A stretch of 64,000 nt of DNA from Acidimicrobiales bacterium (GCA_965208785.1 OZ242356.1:447890-511889); one strand, 5' to 3'. Counted from the first letter of the stretch, positions 47,378-57,428 are shown. The notes: a model not told the origin generated them from the sequence alone. A program made the numbers and translations.

Positions 47378-48325
47378 TCAAGTTGCTCCCACTTGGCTGC
47401 GGAGGTTTTCGATCCAATTGCGGGCCTCAGACCACGCGGAGGTTGCCACGTTGGTTCGCTCTTCGTTTCCCCTGGTGGAAGCGGGATAGGAGCCGAGAAA
47501 CTTCACCTCGCCGTGCTTGGCAACGATGCTGGTCAGGCAGTCGGCCACCAGTTGATCGGCCACATGGCCCTCCAGGTCGATGAGGAAGCAATAGTCGCCC
47601 AGTGCCTTCTTGGTGGGCCGCGACTCCAGCTTGGTGAGATTGATGGACCGGGCTGCAAATTCGGCGAGGATGCCCATGAGCGACCCCGACCGATCGGCGC
47701 GCTGAAAGACCACGATGGACGTTTTGTCATGGCCGGTGGGCGCCGGAACTCCAGTGTGGGCCACCGCCACGAACCGGGTTTGGTTTTCGGGGTGGTCCTC
47801 GATGTCGGTGGCGATCATGTCCAGCCCGTAGATTTCCTGCGACAAGGCGGTACCGATGGCAGCCGCGGTCCTGTCATTGGAGACGGCGAGATCACGAGCC
47901 GCGGCAGCGGTGGAGTTGGCCGCGATCTCCTCGGCGTGGGGGAGCTTCTCGGTCAAATAGCGTCGACACTGAGCAGTTGCGACCGGGAAGCTGATGACGC
48001 GGCGAATCTCATCCATCGAGGTTCCGGAGAAGCCCAATAGATGGAGGTGGACGTCGATGACCACTTCTCGCTGAATGAGCAGGTCGTGCTCAAAGATGAG
48101 GGCGTCGAGGGCCACATTGACCGTCCCCTCGATGGAGTTCTCGATAGCGGTAAAGCCCAATGCGGCCCGGCCGTCGGCGGCGGCACCAAGGACTTCGGGG
48201 ATCGACCGGCACAAGAGGCGGTCGGCTTCAGCCAAATCGGCTTGGGTGAGAAGCGCTTCTTCGGTGAATGTGCCCGGAGGTCCCAGGTAGGCCACCTGGC
48301 TTGCGGATCGGACAGCGGCAGTCAC
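47378..48325 (-). CDS. pheA: Prephenate dehydratase with ACT domain
   Basis: AYLGPPGTFT, IENSIEG, NQTRF, INLTKLESRP, FLGSYP. Confidence 0.96.
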   Translation of the reverse strand: MTAAVRSASQVAYLGPPGTFTEEALLTQADLAEADRLLCRSIPEVLGAAADGRAALGFTAIENSIEGTVNVALDALIFEHDLLIQREVVIDVHLHLLGFSGTSMDEIRRVISFPVATAQCRRYLTEKLPHAEEIAANSTAAAARDLAVSNDRTAAAIGTALSQEIYGLDMIATDIEDHPENQTRFVAVAHTGVPAPTGHDKTSIVVFQRADRSGSLMGILAEFAARSINLTKLESRPTKKALGDYCFLIDLEGHVADQLVADCLTSIVAKHGEVKFLGSYPASTRGNEERTNVATSAWSEARNWIENLRSQVGAT

Positions 48326-48345
48326 AAAGAGGCAGGATAGTGGTA

Positions 48346-49131
48346 GTGGATGAGGCTTTTGTTCGGCAATTGATGGCAGATGTGCGCGACGGCACGGTGG
48401 CAGCGGACGACGCGGTCCGACAATTGCGCCGTTTGCCGTTTGCCGATTTGGGATTTGCCCGGGTGGACCATCATCGCAGCCTCCGCCAAGGAGTGGCCGA
48501 GGTGGTCTATGGGCCCGGCAAGACTCCGGGCCAGTGCGCGGCAATTGTGGAGGAGCTGCTCGACCAACCGGGTGGGCCAGTGCTGCTGACTCGGGCATCA
48601 GCCGAGCAGGCGGCGACTTCGCTGAGCCTCAACCCCGGTGGGGAGCGCTACGGCGCCACGGTGGTCTGGCGGCCAGCTCACCCACGGCCCGAGCGGGTGG
48701 CGCTGGCCGCGGCGGGCACAGCTGATCTCCCGGTGGCCGACGAATGCGGGGTGGTGCTGGCCGCTCACGGCCTGGCCCCGCAGCGCTTGAACGATGTGGG
48801 GGTGGCAGGTCTTCACCGGATTCTCGGCGAAGTCGAGGATTTGGCCTCGGCTGATGCTGTAGTGGTGGTTGCCGGCATGGAGGGGGCGCTGGCCTCGGTG
48901 GTGGGTGGGCTCACCATGGCCCCGGTGGTGGCGGTGCCCACCAGCGCCGGTTACGGCTCTTCGCTTGAAGGGGTCACACCGCTGTTGGCCATGCTGTCGT
49001 CGTGTGCTGCCGGGGTGACCGTGGTGGGTGTGGACAATGGATTTGGAGCGGCCTGCGCGGTGCTGCGCCTGCTCAAGTCGAGAGAGCGGGCAGCATCGGA
49101 GGCGGAGTTGAGTGGGGCGAGCGATGGCTGA
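48346..49131 (+). CDS. larB: Nickel-pincer cofactor biosynthesis protein LarB
   Basis: DHHRSLRQG, GTADLPVADE, DVGVAGLHR, VAGMEGAL, PTSAGYG, DNGFGA. Confidence 0.93.
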   Translation: MDEAFVRQLMADVRDGTVAADDAVRQLRRLPFADLGFARVDHHRSLRQGVAEVVYGPGKTPGQCAAIVEELLDQPGGPVLLTRASAEQAATSLSLNPGGERYGATVVWRPAHPRPERVALAAAGTADLPVADECGVVLAAHGLAPQRLNDVGVAGLHRILGEVEDLASADAVVVVAGMEGALASVVGGLTMAPVVAVPTSAGYGSSLEGVTPLLAMLSSCAAGVTVVGVDNGFGAACAVLRLLKSRERAASEAELSGASDG

Positions 49132-50311
49132 TCCGGCGCAGATCGCTTGGTTTCACTGTTTTAGCGGGATTGCCGGCGACATGGCGTTGGGGGCGTTGAT
49201 AGATGCCGGTGCCGATGTGGCTGAAGTGCGGGAGATATGCGAATTGCTGCCCTTGGGAGGCTGGGATCTGCAAGCCCATCCCACCCAGCGGGGAGGCATT
49301 GCCGCCACCGATGTGCGGGTGATCACCAGGGAGACGTCGGTTGTGCGCACTGCGAGCCACATCAACGCGCTCATCGGGGAGGCCCGGTTGCCCGACCGGG
49401 TGGCCGACCGGGCCTTGGCGGTGTTCGACGCGCTGTCGCAAGCCGAGGGGAAGCTGCACCGTCGGCCGCCAGAACAAGTCCATTTCCATGAGGTCGGCGG
49501 GCTGGATGCCATCATCGACGTGGTGGGCACCTGCGCGGCGTTGGAGGTGCTGGGAATCGACGAAGTCCACTCCAGCGCGGTGGCATGCGGGCGGGGGATG
49601 ATTCGCAGTGTCCATGGGAGACTGCCCAACCCACCGCCGGCCGTGGTGGAGTTGCTGGTGGGGTGTCCGACGTTTGGATTGGATGTGGGATTGGAGTTGA
49701 CCACCCCGACCGGGGCGGCGGTTCTGTCGGCGCTCGCGGTGGGGTGGGGGCCCATGCCTCCGATGACCATCTCGGCCGCCGGCTTCGGTGCCGGTGACAA
49801 TCAACTGGAGGATCGTCCCAACCTCACCCAAGTGGTGGTGGGGACTATGGCGGCATCTCGGCCGGAGGGTCAGCCGGTGATGCTGTTCGAGACCAACGTG
49901 GACGACGCCACCGGGGAAACGCTGGCTCACACAGTGGCGTCGTTGTTGGAGGCGGGTGCTCACGATGCGTGGATCACGCCGATCGTGATGAAGAAAGGTC
50001 GCCCGGCGTACACGGTGAGCGCGTTGGCCGATCCTGCGTTGGGGGATCAGGTGGCGGCAACGTTGATTGAGGAAACGGGCTCGCTAGGGGTGCGGGGACA
50101 GTTGCTAGAGCGGTGGCCTCGAGAGCGTCTGGAGCACGAGGTTGACGTGGACGGGCGGCGGGTGCGGGTCAAGGTGAGTGCCGGGCGGGTGAAGGTGGAG
50201 CACGATGAGGCGGTGCGGGCCGCGAAGTTGCTGGGGTTGCCGGCGCGGGAGGTCGTCTCTCTGGCTGAAGAAGCTTGGCGGCGACAGGGCGACGACGAGC
50301 CGGTTGCCTAG
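49124..50311 (+). CDS. larC: Nickel insertase LarC
   Basis: FSGIAGDMALGAL, VHFHEVG, ELTTPTGAA, ETNVDD, MKKGRP. Confidence 0.93.
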   Translation: MADPAQIAWFHCFSGIAGDMALGALIDAGADVAEVREICELLPLGGWDLQAHPTQRGGIAATDVRVITRETSVVRTASHINALIGEARLPDRVADRALAVFDALSQAEGKLHRRPPEQVHFHEVGGLDAIIDVVGTCAALEVLGIDEVHSSAVACGRGMIRSVHGRLPNPPPAVVELLVGCPTFGLDVGLELTTPTGAAVLSALAVGWGPMPPMTISAAGFGAGDNQLEDRPNLTQVVVGTMAASRPEGQPVMLFETNVDDATGETLAHTVASLLEAGAHDAWITPIVMKKGRPAYTVSALADPALGDQVAATLIEETGSLGVRGQLLERWPRERLEHEVDVDGRRVRVKVSAGRVKVEHDEAVRAAKLLGLPAREVVSLAEEAWRRQGDDEPVA

Positions 50312-50321
50312 TATCGAGGGA

Positions 50322-51038
50322 GTGGAAGACGAGCGTTTTTATTTTCGGCAGTTGTTGTCGGGGCGGGACTTGGCTTTGGGGGACAGGTTGGCTCGGCAGA
50401 TGGTCAACTTTGTCTACCTGATTGGGGACCGGGAGACGGGGGAGGCGGTGGTGGTGGATCCGGCGTATGACCCAGCGGGGATTGTGGCGCTGGCTGAGGC
50501 CGACGGGATGCGGCTCATTGGGGTGTTGGCCACCCATTACCACCCCGATCATGTGGGCGGGTCGATGATGCAGTTCTCGATCACAGGGGTGGCCGAGCTG
50601 TTGGAGTTGGTGTCGGTTCCGGTGCATGTGCAGGCCGACGAGGCCCAGTACGTGACCATGACCACCGGCATCGGAGAAGACGATCTGTGCCAGCACGCCA
50701 GCGGCGATGTGCTGTCGGTGGGGGCGGTGGACATCGAGATGATCCACACACCGGGCCACACGCCCGGGAGCCAGTGCTTTTTGACCAACGGCCGGCTGGT
50801 GGCCGGCGACACGCTGTTTTTGGAGGGGTGCGGCAGAACCGATCTGCCGGGAAGCGATCCGACGGCCATGTACGAGAGCCTCACGCAGCGCCTGGCCCGG
50901 GTTCCCGACAGCGCAACGCTGTATCCCGGCCATCTGTACTCGCCCCAGCCTTCGGCCTCGATGGGCGAAACCCGGCGCACCAACTATGTGTTCATGCCCC
51001 GCTCCCCCGAGCAGTGGCTGGCCATGTTCGGCGGGTAA
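50322..51038 (+). CDS. MBL-fold metallo-hydrolase (glyoxalase II-like)
   Basis: THYHPDHVGG, HTPGHTPG, GDTLF..GCGR, YPGH. Confidence 0.92.
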   Translation: MEDERFYFRQLLSGRDLALGDRLARQMVNFVYLIGDRETGEAVVVDPAYDPAGIVALAEADGMRLIGVLATHYHPDHVGGSMMQFSITGVAELLELVSVPVHVQADEAQYVTMTTGIGEDDLCQHASGDVLSVGAVDIEMIHTPGHTPGSQCFLTNGRLVAGDTLFLEGCGRTDLPGSDPTAMYESLTQRLARVPDSATLYPGHLYSPQPSASMGETRRTNYVFMPRSPEQWLAMFGG

Positions 51039-51057
51039 TGGGAATGAGCCCGAGGAG

Positions 51058-51141
<84 letters not shown>

Positions 51142-51329
51142 TGGTTGTCGGGGTGGTCATCGTACAAGACGGGCGCACCGATCAGTAACCTGTTTGCTCG
51201 CCTGTTGTCGCATCAGCCGCAACACAGCTCTGGGGCATCACCGGGCGTTTGCCCCTTTGACGCGTTGATTGGCTTTAGCTGTGGTTATAGTCCACCGCAA
51301 CATAGGAGAATCACGGCTATGGAACTCTG

Positions 51330-52121
51330 ATGATCCGGCTAGACGCGGGGCAAGCTACCGACCGAGGCCGACGTCGAGAAAAGAACGAGGATTCGATGTT
51401 GGTTGCCAACGGCCTCTTCGCGGTTGCAGACGGGCTGGGCGGCCATCGGGGGGGAGAGGTGGCATCGGCCTTGGCGGTGAATACGCTGGCTGCGGAGGTG
51501 CAAGCTGCGGTCGAGGCTCGCACTGCCGCCCGTCGCCGCTCGCTGCGCCGTCACCTGCCGTCGCCTGCGCCCACGGTGGAGGAGTTGTTGGGTGCGGTGG
51601 ACTGGGCCAATCAGGAGATCCTGGCCAGATCCAAGTCGACCTTCGAATTGGCCGGTATGGGGACCACCCTGTGCGTGCTGGCCGTGGTTGAGTGCGATGA
51701 CAGCGAAGCGCTGGCAGTGGCGAACGTCGGTGACTCCCGGGTCTATTGCTGCGACGAGGGCGGCCTCCGCCAATTGACGGAGGATCACACCGTGGTGCAG
51801 GAAATGTTGAAAGCAGGAATGATCACGCCGGAAGAGGCTGAAAGCCATGAAAGACGGAATCGCCTCAGCCGAGCCTTGGGCATTGAGCCGAAGGTTGCAG
51901 TCGACGATTGGACGCTGGATCCGGTGGCCGGTCACCGCTATCTGCTGTGCTCCGATGGCTTGACCCATGAAGTGGCAGATCGGGATATTCACGCCGTTCT
52001 GCTGCAATTCGATGCTCCGGGCGATGCCGCGGGAGCGCTGGTGGACTTGGCCTTGCGTCGGGGCGGAAGCGACAACATCACGGTGATCGTGGTGGATGTG
52101 GCGGATGTAGCCCTCCAATAA
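51330..52121 (+). CDS. PP2C-family Ser/Thr phosphatase (PstP-like, no TM)
   Basis: NED, VADGLGG, GMGTT, NVGDSR, LCSDGL, GGSDNIT. Confidence 0.93.
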   Translation: MIRLDAGQATDRGRRREKNEDSMLVANGLFAVADGLGGHRGGEVASALAVNTLAAEVQAAVEARTAARRRSLRRHLPSPAPTVEELLGAVDWANQEILARSKSTFELAGMGTTLCVLAVVECDDSEALAVANVGDSRVYCCDEGGLRQLTEDHTVVQEMLKAGMITPEEAESHERRNRLSRALGIEPKVAVDDWTLDPVAGHRYLLCSDGLTHEVADRDIHAVLLQFDAPGDAAGALVDLALRRGGSDNITVIVVDVADVALQ

Positions 52122-52154
52122 ATCGGGCAGGCAAAGAACTACGCTGGTTTTGCC

Positions 52155-54470
52155 ATGTCAGACACGGGTCCTGAACTTTTGGGCAGTCGCTATCAACTGC
52201 GGAATCAGATAGCCCGCGGCGGCATGACTGATGTTTTTCTGGGCCAGGACACCCTGCTGTCCCGCCCGGTGGCCATCAAACGCCTGTTCCCCGAATTTGC
52301 CGCCGATCCGAGCTTCGTGGAGAGATTCAGGCGGGAGGCCACGGCTGCGGCCAACCTCAATCATCCCAACATTGTGGCGGTGTATGACTGGGGCTCGGCT
52401 GAGGGCACGTATTACCTCGTTATGGAGTACATCGAGGGGCACAGCCTGGCTGAACTGCTGCGCTCGGGAGGCCCTTTGGCCCCGGAACGGGCTGCGGGGA
52501 TTGCCATGGATGTGGCGGAGGCGCTGGGCTTCGCTCACAGCAACGGGGTAATCCACCGGGATGTGAAGCCTGGCAATGTTCTGCTCTCACCCGACGGCCA
52601 GGTGAAGGTGACCGATTTCGGCATCGCCATAGTGGCGTTTGGCGGAGCGGAGTCGAATCTAACCCAAACCGGGGCGGTGATGGGCACGGCGACTTATTTT
52701 TCGCCGGAACAGGCCCAGGGAAAGCCTCTGGATTACCGCAGTGATCTGTATTCGCTGGGAATCGTGCTGTACGAGATGCTGTGCGGTCGCCCTCCGTTCA
52801 CCGGCGACACTTCTGTGGCCGTCGCATACAAGCATGTGCAACAGCCCGTGCCCTCCCCCTCGTCGCTGGGAGTCGTACTGCCGGAGTCGCTGGAAGCCAT
52901 TGCCATGAAGCTGTTGGCCAAGAACCCGGCGGAGCGGTACCCGGCGGCCAGAGACGTCAGGCGCGACTTGCAGCGCTACCGCGAGGGTCGCCATCAGCTA
53001 TCGGCAGCACGCAAGCCATCAGAGGCCCAACCCGCGGGGCCGCCTCCACCGGAGAAGACGCCAGAAGAACCCCTGCTGCCTCCGCAGGCTGCTCCGCCGC
53101 CGTCGCCCGGTGGGCCTGTGCAGCCCCCGCCATCACCCCCGCCGTCGCCGGTGGCCGTTTTGGAACCCTCTTCGCGGGCGGGGCTTTACACGGCGGCCGC
53201 AGTCATCTTCATCGCGGTGGCGGTGCTGGTGTTCTTCGTGCTGTCGAACGTGCTCGATAACGGCGACGACGCCGTTTCGCCCGCCGCGACCAGCACAGCA
53301 GTTCCCGTGGTTTCTGTGCCTGATGTGGTGGGGTTGTCCAGTCAGTCGGCGATACGGGAGCTTCGTGCCGCCGGCTTTGTGGTCAGCCAAGTGTTCGAAG
53401 CAAGCGAAACGGTGGCCAGCAACGAGGTGGTCTCCCAATCACCCGAGGCGCGGGCTGAAGTGGAGCAAGGGGCGGAAATAGAGATCACCGTGAGTTCGGG
53501 AGCGGTTCCCGTGCTTGTGCCCGGGGTCGTGGGACAGAGTGCCGGCGATGCGGCCCGCCATTTGCAGGACCGCGGGTTTGCCCCTGAATTGCAGGAGGTT
53601 GAGGGTTCCACTGCCCCCTCGGGACAAGTGCTGCGCCAAGACCCCCCGGCTGGGAGCGAGGCTGCTCCGGGCAGCTCTGTGGTGCTCTATGTGGCAGAGG
53701 GGGTTCAGGCCGTGGAAGTTCCTGATGTGGCGGGAATGACCTTGTTGCGGGCGACTCAGGTTTTGGCGCAAGCCGGCTTGCAGGTGAGCGAGGAGATCGT
53801 GGAGCAGCCCTCCGGCGACGTGGACAAGGATTTGGTGATCGGCACTGATCCCTCACCGCCTGCGCTGTTGTTGCCGGGCTCCCAGATTGTGATTCTGGTC
53901 TCTTTGGGATCGGAGAATGCGGTGGTTCCCAGTTTGGTTGGGCTAACCCCGGAAACGGCTGCCGAACAGCTTGGGGAATTGGAACTCGTGCTGGCCGAGC
54001 CCATCGCCGAGTGTGATTTCCCGAACGATGCCGGAGAGCTCGTAGGCCGGATCATGGGGCAAGTGCCGCCCGCTGAAGAGGAGCATCCGCTGGGGACGGA
54101 AGTGACCGTGTGTTTGGGGCGCCCGACCTCGGGCGGACCGGGGCCAACACCCACGGAGGTCGTTGATGAGCTCACTCCCCGCCGGATCGAGGCAAGGGTT
54201 GATGCCGCAGCGATAACCGCGCGAGCTGTTGCCGCGGGTCGCGAGCCCGACGCCTTGGGCAGTATTCCAAGATGGAATGCCCTGTCGGCCAGATTTGCCG
54301 CCGAGTGCGCCGACTTGGCGACGGCCTACTCAGATGTGCCTGGTCTGGTGGTGGAGTGGAATTTGGAGAACCCGTACCCGATGCCCGCCGTCGCGGCGAA
54401 CGCTGACAACTGGGCGGAGGGCCTCGACGGCGACACGCCTGATGTAGACGACGGATGCAGCGTGCGCTAG
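52155..54470 (+). CDS. pknB: PASTA-domain Ser/Thr kinase PknB
   Basis: HRDVKPGN, DFG, SPEQ, TM, four PASTA repeats, extra C-terminal segment. Confidence 0.93.
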   Translation: MSDTGPELLGSRYQLRNQIARGGMTDVFLGQDTLLSRPVAIKRLFPEFAADPSFVERFRREATAAANLNHPNIVAVYDWGSAEGTYYLVMEYIEGHSLAELLRSGGPLAPERAAGIAMDVAEALGFAHSNGVIHRDVKPGNVLLSPDGQVKVTDFGIAIVAFGGAESNLTQTGAVMGTATYFSPEQAQGKPLDYRSDLYSLGIVLYEMLCGRPPFTGDTSVAVAYKHVQQPVPSPSSLGVVLPESLEAIAMKLLAKNPAERYPAARDVRRDLQRYREGRHQLSAARKPSEAQPAGPPPPEKTPEEPLLPPQAAPPPSPGGPVQPPPSPPPSPVAVLEPSSRAGLYTAAAVIFIAVAVLVFFVLSNVLDNGDDAVSPAATSTAVPVVSVPDVVGLSSQSAIRELRAAGFVVSQVFEASETVASNEVVSQSPEARAEVEQGAEIEITVSSGAVPVLVPGVVGQSAGDAARHLQDRGFAPELQEVEGSTAPSGQVLRQDPPAGSEAAPGSSVVLYVAEGVQAVEVPDVAGMTLLRATQVLAQAGLQVSEEIVEQPSGDVDKDLVIGTDPSPPALLLPGSQIVILVSLGSENAVVPSLVGLTPETAAEQLGELELVLAEPIAECDFPNDAGELVGRIMGQVPPAEEEHPLGTEVTVCLGRPTSGGPGPTPTEVVDELTPRRIEARVDAAAITARAVAAGREPDALGSIPRWNALSARFAAECADLATAYSDVPGLVVEWNLENPYPMPAVAANADNWAEGLDGDTPDVDDGCSVR

Positions 54471-54491
54471 GCGGGCCAACCAGGGTGGATG

Positions 54492-55073
54492 CTACGGGGA
54501 CACCTGGCCCAGGAAGTTCTTCAGCAGATCATGGCCTGATGAGGTCAAGATTGACTCGGGATGGAACTGCACCCCTTCCACCGGGTGATCGCGGTGGCGC
54601 AGTCCCATCACCAGTCCGTCGTCGGTTTCCGCCGTAACGGTCAGGATGTCGGGGACCGACGATCGCTCCACAACGAGCGAGTGATAGCGGGTGGCTTCGA
54701 TGGGGTTGGGGAGTCCCGCGAAAACCCCTTCGCTGGTGTGGTGGATAATCGACGTCTTGCCGTGCATGACCTGATCTGCCCGAACCACCCGGCCGCCGAA
54801 AACCTCCCCGATGCACTGCAATCCGAGACACACGCCGAGCAGAGGCCGCGCGCCGCTGAACTGCTGGATAAGGGCATTGCTCAGCCCGGCATCGGAAGGC
54901 TGTCCTGGTCCGGGGCTGATGAGAACACCATCGGGATCGATGTCGAGGGCCTGCTCGACGGTTATGGCATCGTGGCGGTAGACCAGGGGCTCAGCCCCCA
55001 GCTCGCCCAAGTACTGGACCAGGTTGTAGACGAAGGAGTCGTAGTTGTCGATCACCAGTATGCGAGGAGTCAC
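54492..55073 (-). CDS. trpG: Aminodeoxychorismate/anthranilate synthase component II
   Basis: IDNYDSF, SPGPG, GVCLG, RYHSL, QFHPES. Confidence 0.93.
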   Translation of the reverse strand: MTPRILVIDNYDSFVYNLVQYLGELGAEPLVYRHDAITVEQALDIDPDGVLISPGPGQPSDAGLSNALIQQFSGARPLLGVCLGLQCIGEVFGGRVVRADQVMHGKTSIIHHTSEGVFAGLPNPIEATRYHSLVVERSSVPDILTVTAETDDGLVMGLRHRDHPVEGVQFHPESILTSSGHDLLKNFLGQVSP

Positions 55074-55128
55074 CGCGGCCAACGTTATCGAGGGGTTGCT
55101 CGGAGTTCGAAGCGCGTATCCTTTGTCC

Positions 55129-55404
55129 ATGGCCAAACCGACCAAGCGCAGAGTGCAGGGTGGTCGGGTTACCCCGAGGGGCACCCGACCCGAAAACGAG
55201 GTGGCGCCCCGGGTGCCGGTCTCAGCAGAGAAAATCAGCCCGACTTGGGTGCCGGTGCTGATGCTTACCCTGCTGGCGTTGGGGGCAATCATGATTGTGC
55301 TGAACTACGTCGCTCTGCTGCCGGGCGACACCAGCAACTGGTACCTGCTGGGGGGCCTTGGCCTGCTGCTGGCTGGCATGCTGGTGGCCACGCAGTGGCA
55401 TTAG
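55129..55404 (+). CDS. crgA: Cell division protein CrgA
   Basis: SPTWVPVLM, two C-terminal TMs, NWYL, TQWH; divergent from trpG. Confidence 0.85.
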   Translation: MAKPTKRRVQGGRVTPRGTRPENEVAPRVPVSAEKISPTWVPVLMLTLLALGAIMIVLNYVALLPGDTSNWYLLGGLGLLLAGMLVATQWH

Positions 55405-55451
55405 CCACCCTGATCGTTGTCTAGTTACGGCTTTGTAGTTTGTTCCCAGGT

Positions 55452-55472
55452 TTATCCACAGGTTGTGGATAG
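55452..55472. promoter_or_regulatory. Pair of DnaA boxes outside oriC
   Basis: TTATCCACA 55452-55460 and TGTGGATAG 55464-55472, in inverted orientation. Confidence 0.75.
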
Positions 55473-55478
55473 TTGGCC

Positions 55479-55736
55479 CTACTCGTCTATGGGGGCGACG
55501 AAGTCCATGTCGTCGCCGCAGTGACGGGGAGGCTCAGGGTCTTCCTCGGGAGCTGTGGTCATACGGACCTCGGCGTAGCAGATCGAGCATCGGTACGTGA
55601 TCTTGACCCTGCGAAGCTGGCCTGGCGGCGGTGGCGGCGGCAGCGGCTGGCGAATCATCAACAGCACACCGATGCCGACCCGGATCAGGGTCATTCCCGC
55701 AAGGATGGCGATCAGCACGCTGAGCCAGAGAGGCAC
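55479..55736 (-). CDS. Small membrane-anchored putative zinc-ribbon protein
   Basis: TM, poly-Pro linker, YRCSIC...PRHCGDDM. Confidence 0.75.
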   Translation of the reverse strand: MPLWLSVLIAILAGMTLIRVGIGVLLMIRQPLPPPPPPGQLRRVKITYRCSICYAEVRMTTAPEEDPEPPRHCGDDMDFVAPIDE

Positions 55737-55738
55737 AT

Positions 55739-55850
55739 GTCCAGCCTAGATGGGCCGGTACTGTGGGCCCATGGATGAGCTCGGCCGGCGCGGGCGGCCC
55801 CTCCGAGACGGTCCAGCCTAGATGGGCGGTACTGTGGGCCCATGGATGAG
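55739..55850. repeat. 41/40-bp direct repeat around a 31-bp insert, period 72
   Basis: GTCCAGCCTAGATGGGC(C)GGTACTGTGGGCCCATGGATGAG at 55739 and 55811. Confidence 0.95.
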
Positions 55851-56354
55851 ATGAATCTGGCAATGTTGATCCTGCGGGTAGGCATCGGGCTTACGTTCGC
55901 GGCTCACGGTTACGGCAAGATCTTTCAGGGCGGCCGCATTCCCGGTACCGCGGGCTGGTTCGACAGCATGGGGATGAAGCCGGGCAAGCTGCATGCCTGG
56001 ATGGCCGCCCTCACCGAGATTGGCGCCGGATTGCTATTGGCCCTGGGGCTGTTCACGCCGTTGGCTGCCGCGGGCATGATCGGGGTCATGGTGGTGGCTG
56101 GGTGGACGGTTCACCGGCACAACGGCTTCATGATCGTGAGAGAGGGCTGGGAGTACACCTTCGTTCTGGCCGTGGTCGCGGCAGCGGTGGCCACCTTGGG
56201 ACCCATGGAGTGGTCGATCGACAGCGCACTGGGGATCGATGACAACTGGGACGGCTATGTGGGCCTGGCCATTGGCGCCGGTGGTGGAGTGCTGGCCGGT
56301 TTGACCCAGCTCCTGTTGTTCTATCGCCCCCCCAAATCCCAAGAGACTGCCTGA
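55842..56354 (+). CDS. DoxX family membrane protein
   Basis: LRVGIG..FAAHGYGK, EIGAGLLLALGLFTP, EGWEY. Confidence 0.92.
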   Translation: MDEMNLAMLILRVGIGLTFAAHGYGKIFQGGRIPGTAGWFDSMGMKPGKLHAWMAALTEIGAGLLLALGLFTPLAAAGMIGVMVVAGWTVHRHNGFMIVREGWEYTFVLAVVAAAVATLGPMEWSIDSALGIDDNWDGYVGLAIGAGGGVLAGLTQLLLFYRPPKSQETA

Positions 56355-56357
56355 GCG

Positions 56358-57428
56358 GTGAGCGACGCGGGGGTGATCCGGCTGGACCATGAGGAGCTGC
56401 GGCGCTACGAGGTCGCCATTCTGAGCGGGCTGGGGGTCCCCACCGAACAGGCCGAGATCGTGGCCGACAATCTGGTGGAAGCCGACCTCCGCGGGGTGGA
56501 CTCGCATGGGGTCCATCTGGTGGAGCTCTATGTGGCTCGGCTGAGATCGGGACATCTGCGGCCGGTAACCGAGGTGAAGGTGGTGCGCGACGACGGCGCC
56601 ACGGTGATGCTGGACGGCGGCATCGGATTCGGGCAGGTCTCCGGTGTTGCGGCCATGGAGCTGGCGGTGGAACGGGCCAAAGCCCACGGGGTGGCCGCGG
56701 TAACCGTGCGAGAGGGCACTCATCTGGGGGCTTTGGCCTACTACACCCTGCCCGCCGCGGAGGCTGGGTGCTTTGCCATGGCGGTGCAGAACGGCCCGGC
56801 CATCGTTCCCCCCCATGGCGGTAGATCGGGCATCTTCTCGACCAATCCATTCTCCTGGGCGGCGCCCGCCGGCCGCGAGCTGCCGGTGGTGTACGACATC
56901 GCGACTACTGCGGTGGCCGGCAACAAAATCCTGCTGGCCAAAAAGCGCGGCGATCCGACCATTCCCGAGGGGTGGGCCAACGACGACTTGGGGCGGCCAA
57001 CCACGGACACGGCCGCCGCATCGGCTCAGAATCTGTGCTGGTTTGGGGGCTACAAGGGGTTTGGCATCGCGCTGATGGTGGAAGTCCTGTCGGGCATCGT
57101 GGCTGGGAGCAGCTTCGGCCACACCGAGCAGACGGAATGCGAATTGGTGGGAAACCGCCGTTTGGCCAAGGGCTGGATGTTTCTGACCTTGGACTTGGAG
57201 CGCTTCTGCGGATTGGACAAGTTTCAGGAGCAGATGGACCAGCTCATCCGAGACGTACACAACACCGAGCGGGCCGAAGGGGTGGACCGGATCTATGTGC
57301 CCGGCGAGATCGAGCACGAGAACCGGGCCGAGCGATTGGCCAGAGGCATTCCCCTGCCGGTTGCCCTGGTGGAGGAGATCAGCGCCATCGGCGCCGATTT
57401 CGGATTGGCCCCGCTGGCCTCGCAGTGA
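56358..57428 (+). CDS. Ldh_2 (malate/L-lactate/sulfolactate dehydrogenase-like) oxidoreductase
   Basis: ADLRGVDSHG, HLGAL, STNPFS, GYKGFG, YVPGE. Confidence 0.9.
   Translation: MSDAGVIRLDHEELRRYEVAILSGLGVPTEQAEIVADNLVEADLRGVDSHGVHLVELYVARLRSGHLRPVTEVKVVRDDGATVMLDGGIGFGQVSGVAAMELAVERAKAHGVAAVTVREGTHLGALAYYTLPAAEAGCFAMAVQNGPAIVPPHGGRSGIFSTNPFSWAAPAGRELPVVYDIATTAVAGNKILLAKKRGDPTIPEGWANDDLGRPTTDTAAASAQNLCWFGGYKGFGIALMVEVLSGIVAGSSFGHTEQTECELVGNRRLAKGWMFLTLDLERFCGLDKFQEQMDQLIRDVHNTERAEGVDRIYVPGEIEHENRAERLARGIPLPVALVEEISAIGADFGLAPLASQ

Noticed and set aside
55780-55810. Insert derived from the SigM-like gene (DELGRRGR vs DELRRRGR)
   Set aside because: Nucleotide identity is low and both sequences are GC-rich and low in complexity.
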